Assembly: GCA_021785125.1 (NCBI GenBank) | Contig: JAJYGF010000019.1 | Coordinates: 1-43,326, forward strand | Source: a bacterium | GTDB lineage: Bacteria; Patescibacteriota; Minisyncoccia; Moranbacterales; UBA2206 | Length of the DNA stretch: 43,326 nt | Reading direction: 5' to 3' | Shown: in pieces, positions 8,546-16,817 of the stretch | Layout of the letters: every line of letters starts with the position of its first letter | Position numbering within the stretch: the first letter of the stretch is position 1 | The notes under the pieces: generated by a model | Database searches by the model: none | What the model saw: the letters and a program-made list of their open reading frames with translations, nothing else | Told to the model about the DNA's origin: nothing | Program-made: the position numbers and the translations under genes

Positions 8546-8588
8546 TTTTTAAAATAAAAATCCAGCCTTGGGCTGGAGAATAAAAAAT

Positions 8589-9710
8589 ATGAAAATAAAA
8601 ATACTGGGCATATTTCTTTTTTTTGCATTATTTCTTGTAAATGCAAATAGTGTGTCTGCAAATAGTTGTACAAGTGCCGGTGGAACTTGCCAGAACAGCT
8701 ACACTTGCTCCAATGGAACAAGTTCTCTGGGAAATACAGCCTCAAAAGATTGTGAATCTGCACCACTTAATTACGGAATATGCTGCACCGTATCTGGCGG
8801 AAATACAACAAATTCTCAAACTAATACCGAAAGTTCTGGTAGCTCTGGAACTAGTCCATGCATAGCGCAGAACGGAAATTGTACGGATGTATGTTCAGAT
8901 AATCAAGATCAAATTACGGCAAGTGATTGCGGTACCTTGAAGTGTTGTCGGACAAAGGGCGCGGCGGTGATTCCTCCAGGCACAAATAATACTAATGTCG
9001 CGGATTGTGATGCTGTCAACGGGGCATGTTATACGGGATCAAAATGTCCATCCGGTATGGATTTGGTTAGCTCTACTATGAAAGAGTGCGCTCAACCTGA
9101 CAATACACAAGGCCTATGTTGCCGCAATGCCGACGCTTCTTCCAATCCAAATATTGCTACTCCAAATTCCGGTTCAACCCAATTTGCCAATCCTCTCGGC
9201 AATGTTACTTCGATTTCTCAAGTGGTGGGAAATCTGCTTGATAATTTGAGGGGAGTTTTGGGAGCCATCGCCATCGTGATGATCGTAGTCGGCGGCATCA
9301 TGTATATCTTGAGTGCCGGCAATGAGAAAACTATCACGAGAGCCAAAGGCACAATCACCGCGGCCGTCGTCGGTTTGGCGCTTGCTTTCGCGGCCCCGTC
9401 ATTTTTGAAAGAAATCCAATCGGTTTTGGGAGGCGTCAGCAGCAGCAATCCGGACCAGATGGTCAACCAGGCGCTGACGTTGAAACAGATCGCCATGAAT
9501 ACGCTCGGAACATTGTTGTCGATAATCGGCATCCTTGGTATAATCGGATTGGTGATCGGCGGCGCTTTCTACTTGACCGCGTACGGCGACGAAAAAAGGA
9601 TCGAAAAGGGCAAGACGATCATCACGTCATCCATCATTGGGATTGCGATCGCGCTGGCCGCTCTGGTTATCGTCAAACAGATCGCAAGCCTGATGGGAAT
9701 TCCGCAATAG
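8589..9710 (+). CDS. Pilin-like protein with three Cys-rich modules and two TrbC/VirB2-like pilin domains
   Basis: Signal peptide, three C-x6-C..C..C..CC modules, then GGIMYILSAGNEK..AK and GGAFYLTAYGDEKRIEKGK cores. Confidence 0.8.
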   Translation: MKIKILGIFLFFALFLVNANSVSANSCTSAGGTCQNSYTCSNGTSSLGNTASKDCESAPLNYGICCTVSGGNTTNSQTNTESSGSSGTSPCIAQNGNCTDVCSDNQDQITASDCGTLKCCRTKGAAVIPPGTNNTNVADCDAVNGACYTGSKCPSGMDLVSSTMKECAQPDNTQGLCCRNADASSNPNIATPNSGSTQFANPLGNVTSISQVVGNLLDNLRGVLGAIAIVMIVVGGIMYILSAGNEKTITRAKGTITAAVVGLALAFAAPSFLKEIQSVLGGVSSSNPDQMVNQALTLKQIAMNTLGTLLSIIGILGIIGLVIGGAFYLTAYGDEKRIEKGKTIITSSIIGIAIALAALVIVKQIASLMGIPQ

Positions 9711-9727
9711 AATCAGCAAAAGAAAAA

Positions 9728-9776
9728 TTTCCTAAAGCGAAGTTTTAGGAATTTCCTAAAACTTCGCTTTAGGAAA
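9728..9776. repeat. REP-like double palindrome, family A
   Basis: TTTCCTAAAGCGAAGTTTTAGGAATTTCCTAAAACTTCGCTTTAGGAAA. Confidence 0.85.
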
Positions 9777-9814
9777 GAAATTATAATAAAAATAAATAGA
9801 AAGGCAGGTGTTAT

Positions 9815-10171
9815 ATGAAAAGCAAAATTAAAGCATTGGCAGCATCGGCATCAGTTGCGGCCTTGACTGTTCCGGCTTTGGCTCTGGCCCAATTCCAAAA
9901 TCCGCAAGGGACGAATTTGCCGTCCGGCAGCGTAACCGGAATCATCAAGAACGCGATGAACTGGCTTTTGATGCTGGTCGGATTTCTCGGCGTCATCGGC
10001 TTCGCTATCGCCGGCATCCTGTATTTGACCGCGGCCGGAGACGAGGGGCAGATCGACAAAGCTAAGCGCGCCATGATGTATTCGATCATCGGAGTTATTG
10101 TCGCTATCGTAGGCTTGGTCGTCATCCAGGCGGCACAAGGCCTTTTGGGCGGATCATCGTCGAATTTTTAA
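9815..10171 (+). CDS. TrbC/VirB2-like pilin, probable major subunit
   Basis: Ala-rich signal (PALALA/Q), AGILYLTAAGDEGQIDKAK core, strong SD-like AAGGCAGGTG, followed by a terminator. Confidence 0.82.
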   Translation: MKSKIKALAASASVAALTVPALALAQFQNPQGTNLPSGSVTGIIKNAMNWLLMLVGFLGVIGFAIAGILYLTAAGDEGQIDKAKRAMMYSIIGVIVAIVGLVVIQAAQGLLGGSSSNF

Positions 10172-10215
10172 ATACGATTTTTTCAGCGAAGATCAAGCTT
10201 TCGAAAGAGATTTTC

Positions 10216-10249
10216 AAAACGGCTGGACGGGTTATCCACAGCCGTTTTT
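10216..10249 (+). terminator. Intrinsic terminator containing a perfect DnaA box (10232-10240)
   Basis: AAAACGGCTG..CAGCCGTTTTT, with TTATCCACA in the loop and 3' arm. Confidence 0.7.
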
Positions 10250-10326
10250 CGTTTTCAGGTTAAAAATTTTTGTAAAAGTGATATAATAAAATCAATAAAA
10301 CTTACGGCGTAAACATAAATAAAAAA

Positions 10327-10806
10327 ATGAGCAGGGCAAAATTATTTTTTATCGTATTCTTGGCGGCGGCAATCACTTTTCCTTCGTTCGCGCACGCGTC
10401 TTTCAACCCGCTCTCCTTTCTTTTTCCGAGCCCGTCACAAATCAAGGGCGCTGTCACCAGCGGCAATATGCCGGTTCCGCCTCTGCCTCCATTGTCGGGC
10501 GGAATGATGTTCGGCGGAAGCGGTTGGAACGTGGGAAATTATTACGGGACGGGGTTGCCTTCCGGCTCCATAACGGGCATCATCCGAAATCTTCTGATGT
10601 GGCTTTTGATGATTTTCGGATTTTTGGGAATCATCGGATTTGTGATTTCCGGCATCATGTATATTTTGGCGGCCGGAGAAGAAGGCACGATGGAAAAAGC
10701 CAAAAGTGCCATGAAATGGTCTATTGTCGGAGTTGCGGTGGGATTGCTTGGCATCGTGGTCATCCAGGCTGTTACGCTGGCGCTCAATGGCATCGCAGGT
10801 TTTTAA
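10327..10806 (+). CDS. TrbC/VirB2-like pilin
   Basis: Signal peptide (AHA), Pro/Gly-rich head, GLPSGS..SGIMYILAAGEEGTMEKAK core. Confidence 0.8.
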   Translation: MSRAKLFFIVFLAAAITFPSFAHASFNPLSFLFPSPSQIKGAVTSGNMPVPPLPPLSGGMMFGGSGWNVGNYYGTGLPSGSITGIIRNLLMWLLMIFGFLGIIGFVISGIMYILAAGEEGTMEKAKSAMKWSIVGVAVGLLGIVVIQAVTLALNGIAGF

Positions 10807-10823
10807 CTTTTTCAAAATAAAAA

Positions 10824-11291
10824 ATGAAAATCAAATCATTGCTCGTCTGGTCAATCATTTTTTTGGCAGCGTTTTCGATAAGCGCCAAATCCGTATTCGC
10901 TTGCGCCACTTCCGCCGATTGCGACAGTGGATATGTTTGTAATATAACCTACTCCGGCGGCACATGCGTTCCGGGAGGAGGAAGCGGAAGCGGATCTAGC
11001 AGTGGCGGTTGGAGCTTGTCGAGCGTGTCTGATTTCGGGTTGCCGGCGGGCAGTATCGGCGGAATCGTGAACAATCTTCTGATGTGGCTTCTGATGATTT
11101 TTGGTTTTATCGGCATCATCGGTTTCATCATTTCCGGCATCATGTATGTTATGTCAGCTGGCGATGAGACTGCCGCGGGCAAAGCGAAAAATATGATGAA
11201 ATGGTCCATCGTCGGAGTCGTGGTCGGATTGGCCGGCGTTGTAATTATTCAGGCGGTCGACTTCGCGTTGCGGGCTTACGGAGGATTTTAA
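10824..11291 (+). CDS. TrbC/VirB2-like pilin with a 4-Cys head
   Basis: CATSADCDSGYVC..GTCV head and SGIMYVMSAGDETAAGKAK core. Confidence 0.8.
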   Translation: MKIKSLLVWSIIFLAAFSISAKSVFACATSADCDSGYVCNITYSGGTCVPGGGSGSGSSSGGWSLSSVSDFGLPAGSIGGIVNNLLMWLLMIFGFIGIIGFIISGIMYVMSAGDETAAGKAKNMMKWSIVGVVVGLAGVVIIQAVDFALRAYGGF

Positions 11292-11307
11292 AAATTTTTA
11301 TATAAAA

Positions 11308-12084
11308 ATGGCAAAAATAAAAATCATAACTTTACTTGTCGCAATTATTTTCATAAGCAGTGTTTTTTCCGCCAGTGCGCAAGTAGGTGTAAGTTCAAGC
11401 GCGCCAGGTTATGGTGACAATAACGGTCCGGCAGCACCGGCCGGATACGGCAATAATAACGGTCCGGCGTTTCCGACCGTTTATGGATCGCAATGTAACA
11501 ATGGCGAAAATGATTGTACCAACACGAATGATTCCGCCATTTTGAAAGATCAATGCACCACTTACTATGACGCTAGCGTGTGCGGTTCCATGCCAAGCTA
11601 TCTCGGGCAGATGGAATCGGATTGCGATACCAATCAATCCCAGGGCAAAGCTCAAGGTATAGATTGCAATATGATTTCGCATGGGAATTATTACGGGCCG
11701 GCCGCAGCCGCGTACGCGCAATGGATGGCAAGCAACCAAGCATCCGGTGAGCCTTCAAAAACTCCCGATGTATCTGGTGAGCCTTCAAAAACTTCAGATG
11801 GAGTGTATATTCCAACCTCTGCCGAAACCGGTCTTTCGGATAAAAGCATCAAAGATATTTTGACCGGGATCCTGACATGGATGCTTGGCATCGTCGGCGT
11901 GATCGCGCTTATCGGCTTTGTGATTTCCGGCGCGCAATATATCCTGGCCTCTGGAAATGAAAGGACGATCGAAACCGCCAAGAGAAATATGATTTATTCG
12001 ATTATCGGCGTGGTGGTCGTTCTGGCGGGGTTTGTCATCATCCAGGCGATTGATTTTGCCTTGCGCGGCTACTCTTCTTTTTGA
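11308..12084 (+). CDS. TrbC/VirB2-like pilin with extended Cys-containing head and short tandem repeats
   Basis: GYG.NNGPA twice, six Cys, SGEPSKT twice, SGAQYILASGNERTIETAK core. Confidence 0.8.
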   Translation: MAKIKIITLLVAIIFISSVFSASAQVGVSSSAPGYGDNNGPAAPAGYGNNNGPAFPTVYGSQCNNGENDCTNTNDSAILKDQCTTYYDASVCGSMPSYLGQMESDCDTNQSQGKAQGIDCNMISHGNYYGPAAAAYAQWMASNQASGEPSKTPDVSGEPSKTSDGVYIPTSAETGLSDKSIKDILTGILTWMLGIVGVIALIGFVISGAQYILASGNERTIETAKRNMIYSIIGVVVVLAGFVIIQAIDFALRGYSSF

Positions 12085-12104
12085 TTCTAATTGTTGGAAA
12101 AATA

Positions 12105-12135
12105 AAAAAGGCGCACAATTTTTTGTGCGCCTTTT
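12105..12135. terminator. Bidirectional intrinsic terminator
   Basis: AAAAGGCGCACAA-TTTT-TTGTGCGCCTTTT between convergent genes. Confidence 0.85.
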
Positions 12136-12155
12136 CCTTTCTGGTAATACGATTA

Positions 12156-13238
12156 CTAGAAAGGCTTCAGTTCTATGCTGTGCTCTCCCGATCCGGTCAC
12201 TATTGTTCCGGTGGCGCTTCCATCCGGTTGGAGTGAAAGCGAGAATGTGCCATGACCTTGGCCTGGCTCATCCCAAGTGCCGGCATATGTGCCGGAAGAT
12301 TCATCATAATTTCCGGTGAACGTGGGTCCGCTGGTATGCAGTTCCAAGACATTGCCGTTCCTGATTGTTTCAGTGACAGTATTGTGTCCGCCATCGGCGT
12401 AATGGATTTTCCAGCCGTTGTAATTGATCACAACTGGCGCTGGTGGAGGACACGTCACTTGCACTTGCGTAACCTGTGTGACTTGAGTCGCCGGAGCCGG
12501 TTCTGGCGCAGGTGCGGCCAGTGCTGGCTGTGTCTCGCTGGCTTCGGCAATCGAACTAAAGAAAGCTTTGATTCTGCCGAGAGTTGAAGGATCGCCATAT
12601 TTACGCACGATTTTTTTCTGTTCAGGCGTCCACTCTTCTTCCGGGATGGTCAACTTGATCTTGGCTGCTTCCCATTTTTTCTCTTCAATCTGATCCTTAT
12701 TTATTTCTACTAGCGTTTGGTCGGCATAGGATTGATCGGGGTTATAGTTGAACAGATCTTTGCCCCACGTATTTAGGCCAACCTTGAGACAGGTTACCAC
12801 CATTAAAATAATGGCTATCGCTCCTACGTATTTTTTTACTCTTGATACCTTATACGCAGTTGCGATGAGTATGCCGGTGATTAAAATGGCCAGGATATGC
12901 TGGAAGTAAAACGACATCAGCGCCAACGATCCGAAGATTAGCGCCACCCAGAAAAAAAAGTCATTCAATGCCTGTTTTGCTTGGCGACGAACTTCATCAG
13001 TAAGAGCATCTCGATCGAAGGCATAATGATTGATGAAAGCCCCAGCCGCCAGAATCAACGCTGCCAGCATAACCACGATCATTATTATGCCGCTGATGTT
13101 TTTGTGGCCAGTATTGTTGGCCACAATTGAAATTCCGATCAAGGTGGCTGCGATTAATGCAGCGCAGAACAGACCTAAAATAATCAAGAATAATCTGCGA
13201 CCATTCAACATCGCCGTTTCAAGCATCTCTCTAAACAT
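12156..13238 (-). CDS. Hypothetical multi-pass membrane protein with Pro/Ala/Thr linker and C-terminal beta-rich domain
   Basis: About five hydrophobic segments and a PAPEPAPATQVTQVTQV linker. AGGAGG SD and a TTGACT-17-TAGGAT promoter upstream. Confidence 0.8.
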   Translation of the reverse strand: MFREMLETAMLNGRRLFLIILGLFCAALIAATLIGISIVANNTGHKNISGIIMIVVMLAALILAAGAFINHYAFDRDALTDEVRRQAKQALNDFFFWVALIFGSLALMSFYFQHILAILITGILIATAYKVSRVKKYVGAIAIILMVVTCLKVGLNTWGKDLFNYNPDQSYADQTLVEINKDQIEEKKWEAAKIKLTIPEEEWTPEQKKIVRKYGDPSTLGRIKAFFSSIAEASETQPALAAPAPEPAPATQVTQVTQVQVTCPPPAPVVINYNGWKIHYADGGHNTVTETIRNGNVLELHTSGPTFTGNYDESSGTYAGTWDEPGQGHGTFSLSLQPDGSATGTIVTGSGEHSIELKPF

Positions 13239-13356
13239 TTAAAACCTCCTGTGTTTTGGCTAAAAAGCCAGTTGATATTTTATTTTCAAGGTACTGGGCT
13301 ACCACCAGAACCATTCTGATGACCTATTATCCTAGCACAAAATGGGCGAAAAGTCA

Positions 13357-13493
13357 ACTCGGCACTAAAGCTGGGATTGGAATAATAAAAGTAAGCCTTA
13401 AATAAGCCAAATACAGGTTATTTTTTTTAATTTTTCATCTCGTGAGAAAATTTTCCAAGCCTTTCGGCTTGGTATCCCAGCTTAGTGCGGGGT
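13357..13493. repeat. MITE-like element with terminal inverted repeats
   Basis: ACTCGGCACTAAAGCTGGGAT ... ATCCCAGCTTAGTGCGGGGT, with internal hairpin CCAAGCC-TTTC-GGCTTGG. Confidence 0.6.
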
Positions 13494-13516
13494 AAATGCA
13501 TAAGGCATCGCATGAG

Positions 13517-13597
13517 TTGACAATTTTGATATTTTTGCTATACTGTCTTTGTAGTAATCCAGTGAAGAATGATCCGCCTGCGGCGGATTTTATTTTT
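13517..13597 (+). promoter_or_regulatory. nusA promoter and terminator-like leader hairpin
   Basis: TTGACA-16-TATACT, then ATCCGCC-TGC-GGCGGAT followed by a T-rich tract. Confidence 0.6.
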
Positions 13598-13671
13598 AAG
13601 AAACCTAATTTAAAAATAGGACGGAAAGGACAGATAGGACTTATCTTTCAATTCCATCCTGCAAAAGCTTT

Positions 13672-14949
13672 ATGGTAAAAAAGAAAACGGCCAAGAATGA
13701 AGAAGCGCAATCCGGAAGATTGGGCGACTTCGGCAGCGCGATCGCACAGATCTGCGAAGAAAAAGGAATCTCCAAAGACAAGGTCATTGAGACGATCGAA
13801 GCCGCTCTGGCTGCCGCTTACAAAAAAGATTACGGAAAGAAAGGCCAGAATATCAAAGCGATTTTCGATGAAAAGACCGGCGCTACGAAATTTTTCCTGG
13901 TCAAAGAAGTTGTGGATGAAACAACCCGTGATTTTACGGTGGAAGAAGAGATCGAGGAGGAGGTTAAGGGGGTTAAGGAGGTAAAGGGAAATGCGGAGGA
14001 CGTCAAGGAGGTAAAGGAGGAAAAGGGAGAAAGCGAGGAAGAAGAAAGACTTTCTCGGTATAATCCGGAGCGAGATCTGACAGTCGAAGAAGCGAAGGAA
14101 TTCAAAGAAGACCCGCAAGTCGGCGATGTGATCGAATTGGAATTGGAAGAAAAAAATGATTATGGACGCGTGGCGGCTCAAACCGCCAAACAAGTCATCA
14201 TCCAAAGAATTCGAGAGGCGGAGAGAGATCAGATGTATGACGAATATAAGAATCGCGAAGGTGAGATCGTGGCCGGCGTGGTGCAGAGAATCGAAGGACG
14301 CAATGTATTTGTCGATCTTGGAAAATCGGTTGGAATCTTGTTTCCATCTGAACAGGTACCGGGCGAAAGTTACCGGATCGGACAGCGATTGAAAGTATAT
14401 CTGGCGAGAGTTGAGGCTGGAAATAAGGGGCCTGGCATCACTTTGAGCCGCATCCATCCGGAAATGATCAAAAAATTATTTGAATTGGAAGTGCCGGAAA
14501 TTTTTGCCGGTACGGTTGAGATAAAATCGATCGCCAGAGAAGCGGGAGAAAGGACTAAGATTGCCGTGGCTTCGACCGAAGAAGGAATTGATCCGATCGG
14601 ATCTTGCGTCGGGCAGAAAGGAACCCGCGTTCAGGCGGTAATCGATGAGTTGGGCGGGGAAAAGATCGACATCATCCTGTGGAATGACGATATTGCTAAA
14701 TTCATCGCGGCGGCTTTGTCGCCGGCCAAAGTTTTGAGGGTGGACGTGAAGGAGGCGCAAAAGGAGGCGGCGGTGTCCGTTCCGGAAGACCAGCTGTCAT
14801 TGGCGATCGGAAAGAAAGGACAGAATGTGCGTCTGGCGGCCAAACTAACGGGTTGGAAGATCGATATTTTGGGAGTGAAGTCGCAGGGAGAGAACGTGGA
14901 GGAGGTCAAGGAGGAAAAGGGAGAAGGTGAAGAGGAAGCGCAGGAATAG
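13672..14949 (+). CDS. nusA: Transcription termination/antitermination factor NusA
   Basis: YGRVAAQTAKQVIIQRIREAER, S1 domain, IAREAGERTKIAV, GSCVGQKG, LAIGKKGQNVRLAAKLTGWKIDI. Confidence 0.98.
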   Translation: MVKKKTAKNEEAQSGRLGDFGSAIAQICEEKGISKDKVIETIEAALAAAYKKDYGKKGQNIKAIFDEKTGATKFFLVKEVVDETTRDFTVEEEIEEEVKGVKEVKGNAEDVKEVKEEKGESEEEERLSRYNPERDLTVEEAKEFKEDPQVGDVIELELEEKNDYGRVAAQTAKQVIIQRIREAERDQMYDEYKNREGEIVAGVVQRIEGRNVFVDLGKSVGILFPSEQVPGESYRIGQRLKVYLARVEAGNKGPGITLSRIHPEMIKKLFELEVPEIFAGTVEIKSIAREAGERTKIAVASTEEGIDPIGSCVGQKGTRVQAVIDELGGEKIDIILWNDDIAKFIAAALSPAKVLRVDVKEAQKEAAVSVPEDQLSLAIGKKGQNVRLAAKLTGWKIDILGVKSQGENVEEVKEEKGEGEEEAQE

Positions 14950-15003
14950 GACAGATAGGACAAATGGAACTTATCTTTAATTATAATTTTTAAAAACAAA
15001 ACC

Positions 15004-15534
15004 ATGAACTTGTGGCATGATCTGTCGCTTGGCGACAAAGCCCCGGAAGAATTAAATGTGATCGTTGAAATTCCCAGGGGATCAAAAAACAAATACGAAG
15101 TCGATAAGGAAACGGGACTCATTAAGCTGGATCGCGCTCTGAAGACATCGCAGGATTATCCGTTCGATTACGGATTTGCTCCGCGGACCCTGTGGGAAGA
15201 CGGCGATCCGCTGGATGTTGTCATTCTGACCACGTATCCGCTGCATCCGGGCATTCTTTTGAAAGTCAGGCCGGTCGCGGTGATGCATATGATGGATGAC
15301 GGCGACAGCGATGACAAGATTATCGCTGTTCCGATCAAAGATGTGCGTTGGGAAAACGTGCGGGATTTGGATGATATAAACAAGCACACTATCAAGGAGT
15401 TTCAGCATTTTTTCGAAACCTACAAATCTATCGAGGAGAAAAAGGTTACTATCGATGGAGTGGAGGGTAAGGCCGCGGCGCTTGAAGCGGTGAAGAAAGG
15501 CGTTCGATTATATAACGATAAATTCAAAAAATAA
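15004..15534 (+). CDS. ppa: Inorganic pyrophosphatase (family I)
   Basis: EIPRGSKNKYE, YPFDYGFAPRT, DGDPLD and DDKI motifs. Confidence 0.97.
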   Translation: MNLWHDLSLGDKAPEELNVIVEIPRGSKNKYEVDKETGLIKLDRALKTSQDYPFDYGFAPRTLWEDGDPLDVVILTTYPLHPGILLKVRPVAVMHMMDDGDSDDKIIAVPIKDVRWENVRDLDDINKHTIKEFQHFFETYKSIEEKKVTIDGVEGKAAALEAVKKGVRLYNDKFKK

Positions 15535-16817
15535 TGATCAAAAAATTACCGAAATCACAGGTCGAGTTCGAAGTGACAGTCGCTTGGGCCGATTGGGAAA
15601 AATATTTGGACAAGGCGGCGGAAGAAGTTTCCGAAGAATTGAAGTTTCCCGGATTCCGTCCGGGCAAGGCTCCGAGAAAATTGGTCGAACAAAAAGTGGG
15701 TGAAGGCGTTTTGCTGAATAATGCGGCGGAAAAGGCGGTCCAGAAAAGCTATGCTGATTTCGTCACGAAAGAAAAACTGGACGTTATCGGCCATCCGGAA
15801 GTTACGATCGAAGAATTGGCGTCCGGCAAAGATCTTACATACAAAGCGAAGGTGGCGGTTGTGCCGGAAGCAAAAGTCAAAGAAGAGTACAAGAAAGAAA
15901 TCAAAAAGATCAACGTCGAATTTTCCGGCAGATCGGATGAACCGACCGAAGACGAGATCAAGCGCGAACTGGAACATTTGGCCAACAGCCGGGTAAAATT
16001 GGTGACTGTTAACCGCGAGATCAAAAAAGACGATAGCGCGGAGATCAATTTTACGGTCCTGATCGATGGAGTTCCGATCGAAGGCGGAACCAGCAAGAAT
16101 CATCCGATCGTGGTCGGCAAGGGAGTTTTCATTCCCGGCTTCGAGGATAATCTGATCGGGATGAAGGAAGGCGAAGAAAGGGAATTCGAGCTGAATTTTC
16201 CGGAAGATTATCATAAAAAAGATCTGGCCGGAAAGCCGGCGGTCTTCAAAGTGAAAGTGAATCTGGTTCAAGAAAGACAGACTCCGGAAATCAATGATGA
16301 ATTTGCCAAGTCGCTGGGATCATTTGAAAATCTCGATGCACTCAAGAAAAATTTGAAAGATGGTATCGGGCGCGAGAATAAGCACAAGATTGTAGAAGAA
16401 AGAAGGACTCGATACTTGGACAAGATCGTGGAAAATACGGAAGTCGATCTGCCGGAAGTTCTGATACATGAGGAGATCCATAAGATGCTAGCCGAGTTTG
16501 AACAGCAGACTATGGCAATGGGCATGAATCTGGACCAATATCTTTCGAATTTGAAAAAAAGCAAGGAGGATCTGGAAAAAGATTGGGAGCCGCAAGCGGA
16601 AAAGAGAGTAAAATCGGCACTGGCCATGCGTGAGATAGCGAAGATGGAAGAGATCAAGGTCGACTCCAAAGATGTCGAAGACGAGATTAACAAAACATTG
16701 CAATACTATAAGAACGTCAAGGATTTTGAAAAGAATATCGATATGGAAAGATTGTATTCATATACCAAGGGCGTCCTTGAAAATGAGGAGGTGTTTAAAA
16801 GGCTGGAGAGGATATAA
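15534..16817 (+). CDS. tig: Trigger factor
   Basis: PGFRPGKAP signature and FIPGFED FKBP-like domain. Upstream of clpP. Confidence 0.96.
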   Translation: MIKKLPKSQVEFEVTVAWADWEKYLDKAAEEVSEELKFPGFRPGKAPRKLVEQKVGEGVLLNNAAEKAVQKSYADFVTKEKLDVIGHPEVTIEELASGKDLTYKAKVAVVPEAKVKEEYKKEIKKINVEFSGRSDEPTEDEIKRELEHLANSRVKLVTVNREIKKDDSAEINFTVLIDGVPIEGGTSKNHPIVVGKGVFIPGFEDNLIGMKEGEEREFELNFPEDYHKKDLAGKPAVFKVKVNLVQERQTPEINDEFAKSLGSFENLDALKKNLKDGIGRENKHKIVEERRTRYLDKIVENTEVDLPEVLIHEEIHKMLAEFEQQTMAMGMNLDQYLSNLKKSKEDLEKDWEPQAEKRVKSALAMREIAKMEEIKVDSKDVEDEINKTLQYYKNVKDFEKNIDMERLYSYTKGVLENEEVFKRLERI

